NCBI GenBank assembly: GCA_963795085.1
Contig: CAWCFX010000004.1
Span: 544,001 to 608,000 of the forward strand
DNA: 64,000 nt
Direction: 5' to 3'
DNA from: an uncultured Gemmatimonadales bacterium
GTDB taxonomy: Bacteria; Gemmatimonadota; Gemmatimonadetes; Gemmatimonadales; GWC2-71-9
The translations under genes were made by a program, and so were the position numbers. Below are positions 58,676 through 64,000 of the stretch, one piece after another. Position 1 is the stretch's first letter. Each line of letters begins with the position of its first letter. The notes beneath the pieces were generated by a model. The model did no database searches, was not told the DNA's origin, and saw only the letters and a list, made by a program, of their open reading frames with translations.

Positions 58676-61600
58676 ATGCTTCCCGCCCGCTTCCTTTTGC
58701 TTGTGGGCCTCTCCGCCTATGCGGCGGACCCCGGCGACCCGCTGCGCGTTCTCCGGGTGACCCCGGCTGCCGATCCAGGGCCGGCCTCGGTCATCACCGT
58801 ATCGTTCGATCGCCCGGTCGCGGGGTCCCTCGACCGCACGGTTGATCCGGCGGCCATCTTCTCCATCTCGCCCGGCGTTCGAGGCAAACTGGAATGGCGG
58901 GATCCCATCACCCTTCGGTTCGTGCCGGCCGGTCTCCTTGAGCCGGGGACCGCCTACACGGTGACCGTCGCCCCGGCCTTTACCGCGATGGACGGCAGCC
59001 GCCTCGCCGAGCCGTTTGTCCATTCGTTCCGGGTCCGCGGTCCCGAAGTCCTGGCCACGTCGGTCAGCCAGGGCAACAGCCGGTACCTGCGTCCCGACGC
59101 CGGCTTCTCGCTGGCGGTCAGCGCGGCAGTGGATCCCCGGATCGTCGAGCGAGTCGTGTATCTCGAGTTCGAGGCGGCCTGTCCTACGCGGACCGTGCGG
59201 TTCCGGGTCACCGGCCAGCGGGGCATCGAGGACGCGGACGGCTGGGAATACCGCGAGGCCGGCGGCTGGGAGCGGAACCGGTCGCTGGATGGGCTCCGGC
59301 GGGTGGTGGAACTGCGCCCCGCCACTTCGCTGCCGCGTGGGTGCGAGGGCAACCTCGTTACGCCGGACCGGCTCGACCAGCTTGCGTCCGGGGAGCTGCG
59401 CCGGTTCGCGCTGGCGACCTACGGTGATTTCTGGATGCGGGGCACCAGCTGTCCCTGGGGGGAATGTCCTACCGGGCCGGTATCGGTTTCCTTCTCCACG
59501 CCGGTGAAAGGCGCCGAGGTGCTGCGGCGGCTTCGCCTGCAGCCGGCCACCCCGTTCACCATCAGCGACACGACCGACGAGCGCGCGGACTGGGTGCTGC
59601 ACGCGGGACTGGACCCGAGGACGGGCTATGCGGTCGTCGCCGATACCGGGCTGCACGACATCTTCGGGCAGCGGCTGACCTGCGGGCCGGCCGCCCCCCG
59701 GTGCGACGCCCGGATCCCCAAGGCGGTGGCTTTCTTCACCCCTGGCTATTCACCCACGGTGGACTATCCGTTCGGCCGCCTTACCGTCGAGCGGGATGGG
59801 TTTCGCACCCTGGCGGTGCGGCACATCAACGTGGACACCCTGATCGCCGCGATTGCGCCGGTGCCCGATTCGCTCGCGGCGATCTTTCTGGCCCGGTCGG
59901 AGTGGGGCTGGGATGATCTCTGGCCCCGGGTCAGCGCCGGCGCGGTGGTGCGCAAGTTCGTCGTGACCAACGAACGAGACCGGGCCCGCATCCATGGGAT
60001 TCCCCTGCCGCTCTTCAACGCCCAGCGGCCCGGCGGCCCCACGCTCCTCGCGGTGCGGGTGCGGGCTCCCAACCTGCCCGTGGCCGAGGGCGCCGCTCCC
60101 AGCCTCGGTCCGCTCGCCCTGGTGCAGGTGACCGACCTCGGCGTCCACGCGAAAATCGGCGTACAGGAAGGCCTGGTCTGGGTGACGCGGGCATCCGACG
60201 GCCAGGCCCGAAGCGGCGCCCGGGTTGAGCTGCGCAACCTGCAGGGCCGGCTCCTCGCATCGGGAACCACCGATTCGCTGGGGCTGGTCCGGCTTCACGG
60301 CTACCGGGCGCCGCCGGTGCCTGCCGAAGACGATGAAAACCCCGCCGGCAACCTCGAAGCGGTGGTGATCGCCACCCACGGCGGCGACCGCGCAATCACC
60401 GCGATCAACCAGTACGATCCCGACCTGAGCCCGTGGCGGTTCAACGTCTGGAGCGCGTGGCAGCAGGGGCGAGTGCCCATGGCCGGCGCGGTCTTCACCG
60501 AACGCGGCATCTATCGTCCCGGCGAATCGGTTTATGCCAAGGCCATTCTCCGGCAGGGCCCGCTCGGCGCTCTGCGCGTGCCGGAGCGGGGCGACTCGCT
60601 GCGCTGGATCTTCTACGACCGGGAGCGGGGCACGCTGGAACAGCGCCACGTCCCGGTGTCGAGGTTCGGCACCGCGGACCAGGTATTCCGGCTGCCCGAT
60701 GACCTGCCGCTGGGCGACTACTCCCTCGAAGTCCAGTTCCAGTGGGGCCGGGACTGGCTGGAGCTGGCGACGACCTCCTACCGGGTGGCCGAGTACCGGC
60801 CCCCCGAGTTCCTGGTGGGCGTCACCGCTGATTCGGGGCCGCTGTTCGCGGGTGGCCGCCTGGCCGGCGCGATCGAATCGCGGTACCTCTTCGGCGCCCC
60901 GATGGCTCGTGCGGCCGTGGCCTGGACCGCGCGGCTTGCGCCAGCCGCCGGCTGGGAGGCCGCCATTCCCTCGCTGGCGGGATACCACGTGGGCGAAACT
61001 GACAACTGGTGGGAAAACCAGTCCGGCCAATCGGGCACGACCCACCTGGCAACCGGTACCGACACGCTGGACCAGGCGGGGCGGCTGGCGGTGGCGGTGG
61101 ACATCCCCGCCTTGCCCAACGGGCGGCCGGCGCGGGCGACCCTCCAGGCCGTGGTGACCGACGTGAACCGGCAGGCCATCGGCAACGCCGTGTCCGTCCT
61201 GGTCCATCCCGCCGATTTCTACCTCGGCGCCAGGCCCGCCGGCTCCAGCTACTTCTGGAAAGCCGGTTCTCCGGAGCGTATCGCGGTGCTGGCGGCGCGG
61301 CCATCGGGGGCCACGGTGAGCGGCGTCCGGGTGGAAGGCTCGATCGTCCGGCGCGAGTGGCACCGGGTACGCCGGGAACGGGCCGGCATTGCGGAAGAGG
61401 TGGGCCAGTGGGTGATGGATACGGTCGGCGCCTGCAACGTGACAACGGCGGCGGCTCCGGTTTTCTGTACCTTCACGCCCGAGAAGGGCGGCATCTACGT
61501 CGTTTCGCTCTCGGCCCGCGATCCCCAGGGCCGGCAGGCCGCGACCAGCTTCAGCCGCTGGGCCTCCGGCAGCGACTGGGTTCCGTGGAACGATGAAAAC

Positions 61601-64000
61601 CAGTTCAAGATGGACGTGATCGCCGACCGGCCCCGCTATTCGGTCGGGGATACCGCGACCGTGCTCTTCGCCTCGCCGTTTACGGGGACGGAAGCCTGGA
61701 TCACCGTCGAGCGGGAAGGGCTGATCGAGCAGCGCCGGCTCCGCCTCACCTCCGGGTCCACCACGCTCAAGTTCCCGGTGACGGAAGCGTACGCCCCCAA
61801 CGCCTATGTCTCGATCGTGGTCGCCCGGGGCCGCTCGGCGCCGCCGGGACCGCTGGACGATCCCGGGCGGCCAACCATCCGGGTCGGCTACACGGAGCTG
61901 CGGGTGACGCCCGAAGTCAAACGACTGGAGGTCACGGTGGAGCCGGCGCGGCCCGAGTTCCGGCCCGGGGACAGCGCCAGCGTGCGGATCCGGGTGCGGG
62001 ATGCACAGGGCGGCGGGCACCGGAGTGAAGTGACGCTCTGGGCTGTGGACGAAGGCGTCCTGGCCCTCACCGGATACCAGACTCCGGATCCACTGGACCT
62101 GATCTACCGGTCCAGAGGCCTCGGTCTTCGCCTGGCCAGTAACATGGTGTCGGTGGCGCCGCAGGTGCCGGAGGGCGAGAAAGGGCGCCGCGCGCCCGGC
62201 GGGGGGGGCGGCGCCGGCGACGCCGACATACTCCGGTCCCGCTTCCAGACCACGGCCTTCTTCCTGGGCTCGGTCGTGACCGACTCCGCGGGAACGGCGG
62301 TGGCACGGGCCCGGCTTCCCGACAACCTGACGACGTTCCGGGTCATGGCCGTGGCCGTCACCGCCGGAGACCGCTATGGACACGGCCAGTCCAGCATGCT
62401 GGTCACCCGGCCGCTGGTCGCGCGGCCGGCGTTGCCCCGCTTCCTGCGCGCGGGAGACCGGTTCTCAGCCGGCGTTGTCGTGAACCAGCGGGCCGGCGGC
62501 ACTCCGAGGGTCACGGTAACCGCCGCCGTCTCGGATGTCACCCTGATGGGGCCGGCGACTCGGAGCGCCCAGCTTGAGGCCGGCCGGGGACGGGAGTTGC
62601 GATTCGATTTCCTGGCTCGTCCGGCCGACACGGCGGCGGTCACCTTCCGGGTCACCGGCGCCGGCGATGCCGATGCGGTACTGGCCCGGCTTCCGCTCAA
62701 GGAGGCATTTCGTCCCCGTTTCCATACCATTGCGGGCGTACTCGCGGATACGGCCACGGCCGAGTTCCTGCTTCCCGCCGATATTGATCCGGCAAGGTCT
62801 GAACTCCAGCTGAGCCTGGGGTCCTCGCCGCTGGGAATCATCCGCGGAGCGTTCCAGTCCCTCCGCGTCTATCCCTACTACTGCACGGAGCAGGTGGCCA
62901 GTTCGGCGCTGCCGCTGATCGCGCTGTTCCGGGCCGGCATGGCTCTGAAAGACAGCGGCCTGGCGCCGCCGTCCGCGAAGCGGGACATCGAACTTGCGGT
63001 GGCGACGCTGTCGCGCCGGCAGCGGCCCGACGGCGGGATCGGGTTCTGGGCCGCCTCCGACTGGACCACGCCGTGGCTGAGCGCCTACGCGGGGCTGGCC
63101 TTGCTGGAAGCACGCGCCGCCGGGATCCGGGTGAGCGACTCGGTGCTCGGCCGGCTGGGGACTTATCTGCGCGAGACCCTTGCGGACCGGGGGGCGGTTT
63201 ATTCGCCGGTGGCCCACTGGTATGAGGATCGCGCCATCACTCTGGCCGAGCAGGTGGCGGCCGTGGATCTGCTGCGGCGGCTGGGGTCGCCGGATGTCGC
63301 GACGGAGAACGAGCTATTGCGGCAGGCCGCCCAGCTGGACTGGGAGGACCGGGTGCGGCTCGCCGACGTCCTCGCCCGGCGGAGGGACCCTGGGCCGGCC
63401 CGGGAACTGCTTCGCGCTTCGCTGGCGCCGGTCCGCATCGAGGGGCGGGTGGCCGTGATTCCCGATTCCCTCTACCGGCGCTTCTACTTCCAGTCCAGTG
63501 TGCGTCCCACGGCGCAGCTGCTCACCGCCTTGCTGGCCATTGATTCCTCCCACGCCCTGATTGGTCCCCTGGTGGAACAACTGGTCCAGGGCACCCGGAT
63601 CACACCGCTCTTCCAGTGGAACACCCAGGACTACGGGTCGGCGGTCCATGCGCTGGCGGTATTCCAGCGGCGGCAGGCCCGCGCGGCGGCCCGCGGCGTC
63701 GCCGTCCGCGCGGGTGGCCGAACCCTTTTCCAGGCGGGGTCGGTCGGGCCGGTGGGCGAAGCGACGGCGCCGCTGACGCGGCTGCTGACCGATGCGCCGG
63801 GAGGCCGCCAGACCCTGCGGGTATCGCTCGCGGCAGCCAGGACCGGCTTGCCGGTGTACTACTATCTCACCGTCCGGGAAATTCCTCGAACTCCGCCGGT
63901 CCGCCCCGACGAAACCGGGATCGCCGTCGAGCGATGGTACGAGTCTTACTCCGATGGCAAGCCGGTCACCGAAGTGATGGAGGGCGGACTGGTACGGGTT
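58676..64000 (+). CDS. Bacterial alpha-2-macroglobulin (3'-partial, runs off right edge)
   Basis: Absent from the track because it has no stop. ATG 58676 MLPARFLLLVGLSAYAA..., VTDLG, FTERGIYRPGE, VAEYRPPEF, WAVDEGVL, LPDNLTTFRVMA, PRFLRAGD, thioester YPYYCTEQ at 62870-62893 in the same frame as the start. Confidence 0.92.
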   Translation, partial: MLPARFLLLVGLSAYAADPGDPLRVLRVTPAADPGPASVITVSFDRPVAGSLDRTVDPAAIFSISPGVRGKLEWRDPITLRFVPAGLLEPGTAYTVTVAPAFTAMDGSRLAEPFVHSFRVRGPEVLATSVSQGNSRYLRPDAGFSLAVSAAVDPRIVERVVYLEFEAACPTRTVRFRVTGQRGIEDADGWEYREAGGWERNRSLDGLRRVVELRPATSLPRGCEGNLVTPDRLDQLASGELRRFALATYGDFWMRGTSCPWGECPTGPVSVSFSTPVKGAEVLRRLRLQPATPFTISDTTDERADWVLHAGLDPRTGYAVVADTGLHDIFGQRLTCGPAAPRCDARIPKAVAFFTPGYSPTVDYPFGRLTVERDGFRTLAVRHINVDTLIAAIAPVPDSLAAIFLARSEWGWDDLWPRVSAGAVVRKFVVTNERDRARIHGIPLPLFNAQRPGGPTLLAVRVRAPNLPVAEGAAPSLGPLALVQVTDLGVHAKIGVQEGLVWVTRASDGQARSGARVELRNLQGRLLASGTTDSLGLVRLHGYRAPPVPAEDDENPAGNLEAVVIATHGGDRAITAINQYDPDLSPWRFNVWSAWQQGRVPMAGAVFTERGIYRPGESVYAKAILRQGPLGALRVPERGDSLRWIFYDRERGTLEQRHVPVSRFGTADQVFRLPDDLPLGDYSLEVQFQWGRDWLELATTSYRVAEYRPPEFLVGVTADSGPLFAGGRLAGAIESRYLFGAPMARAAVAWTARLAPAAGWEAAIPSLAGYHVGETDNWWENQSGQSGTTHLATGTDTLDQAGRLAVAVDIPALPNGRPARATLQAVVTDVNRQAIGNAVSVLVHPADFYLGARPAGSSYFWKAGSPERIAVLAARPSGATVSGVRVEGSIVRREWHRVRRERAGIAEEVGQWVMDTVGACNVTTAAAPVFCTFTPEKGGIYVVSLSARDPQGRQAATSFSRWASGSDWVPWNDENQFKMDVIADRPRYSVGDTATVLFASPFTGTEAWITVEREGLIEQRRLRLTSGSTTLKFPVTEAYAPNAYVSIVVARGRSAPPGPLDDPGRPTIRVGYTELRVTPEVKRLEVTVEPARPEFRPGDSASVRIRVRDAQGGGHRSEVTLWAVDEGVLALTGYQTPDPLDLIYRSRGLGLRLASNMVSVAPQVPEGEKGRRAPGGGGGAGDADILRSRFQTTAFFLGSVVTDSAGTAVARARLPDNLTTFRVMAVAVTAGDRYGHGQSSMLVTRPLVARPALPRFLRAGDRFSAGVVVNQRAGGTPRVTVTAAVSDVTLMGPATRSAQLEAGRGRELRFDFLARPADTAAVTFRVTGAGDADAVLARLPLKEAFRPRFHTIAGVLADTATAEFLLPADIDPARSELQLSLGSSPLGIIRGAFQSLRVYPYYCTEQVASSALPLIALFRAGMALKDSGLAPPSAKRDIELAVATLSRRQRPDGGIGFWAASDWTTPWLSAYAGLALLEARAAGIRVSDSVLGRLGTYLRETLADRGAVYSPVAHWYEDRAITLAEQVAAVDLLRRLGSPDVATENELLRQAAQLDWEDRVRLADVLARRRDPGPARELLRASLAPVRIEGRVAVIPDSLYRRFYFQSSVRPTAQLLTALLAIDSSHALIGPLVEQLVQGTRITPLFQWNTQDYGSAVHALAVFQRRQARAAARGVAVRAGGRTLFQAGSVGPVGEATAPLTRLLTDAPGGRQTLRVSLAAARTGLPVYYYLTVREIPRTPPVRPDETGIAVERWYESYSDGKPVTEVMEGGLVRV

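Noticed and set aside
59750..62383. 877-aa minus-strand ORF, and similar long antisense ORFs such as 43525..45657 and 49237..51771
   Set aside because: Shadows of well-supported genes on the opposite strand; no recognisable motifs.

Overview
High-GC (about 70% by eye) bacterial chromosomal segment. Gene content and style suggest Gemmatimonadota (inference, not tested). About 55 protein genes; no rRNA, tRNA or CRISPR array recognised. Left to right: (1) an SOS-mutagenesis cassette on the minus strand (ImuB/DinB-like, tag, dnaE2 running off the left edge), interrupted by a dead IS200-like tnpA with REP-like hairpins and a 24-bp tandem array; (2) an 8-gene translationally coupled operon TldD(Tat)-TldE-MoxR-DUF58-BatA-DUF4175-like-DUF4159-GATase-like; (3) a 55-aa zinc-ribbon ORF missing from the ORF track, coupled to a DNA-repair-type radical SAM gene and sharing a promoter plus CCGAA-N6-CCGAA operator with the imuB-like gene (candidate SOS box); (4) greA with a leader terminator, a solo groES, an M23 peptidase and pepP; (5) a caa3-type cytochrome c oxidase operon; (6) a plant/Chlamydia-type fabI; (7) a YbbAP/TesA locus with a TonB-dependent-receptor-like gene between ybbA and tesA; (8) a hybrid histidine kinase; (9) two divergent paralogous ECF sigma/anti-sigma/DUF4097 operons sharing an AACC-N16-YATC promoter motif; (10) transporters, Lrp, OmpA with TSP3 repeats and an alpha-2-macroglobulin running off the right edge. 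Several small frameshifts (about 2852, 5017-5020, 6275, 6322, 6484, 7058, 46400) may be consensus errors. All family assignments come from motif recognition by eye; no searches were run.
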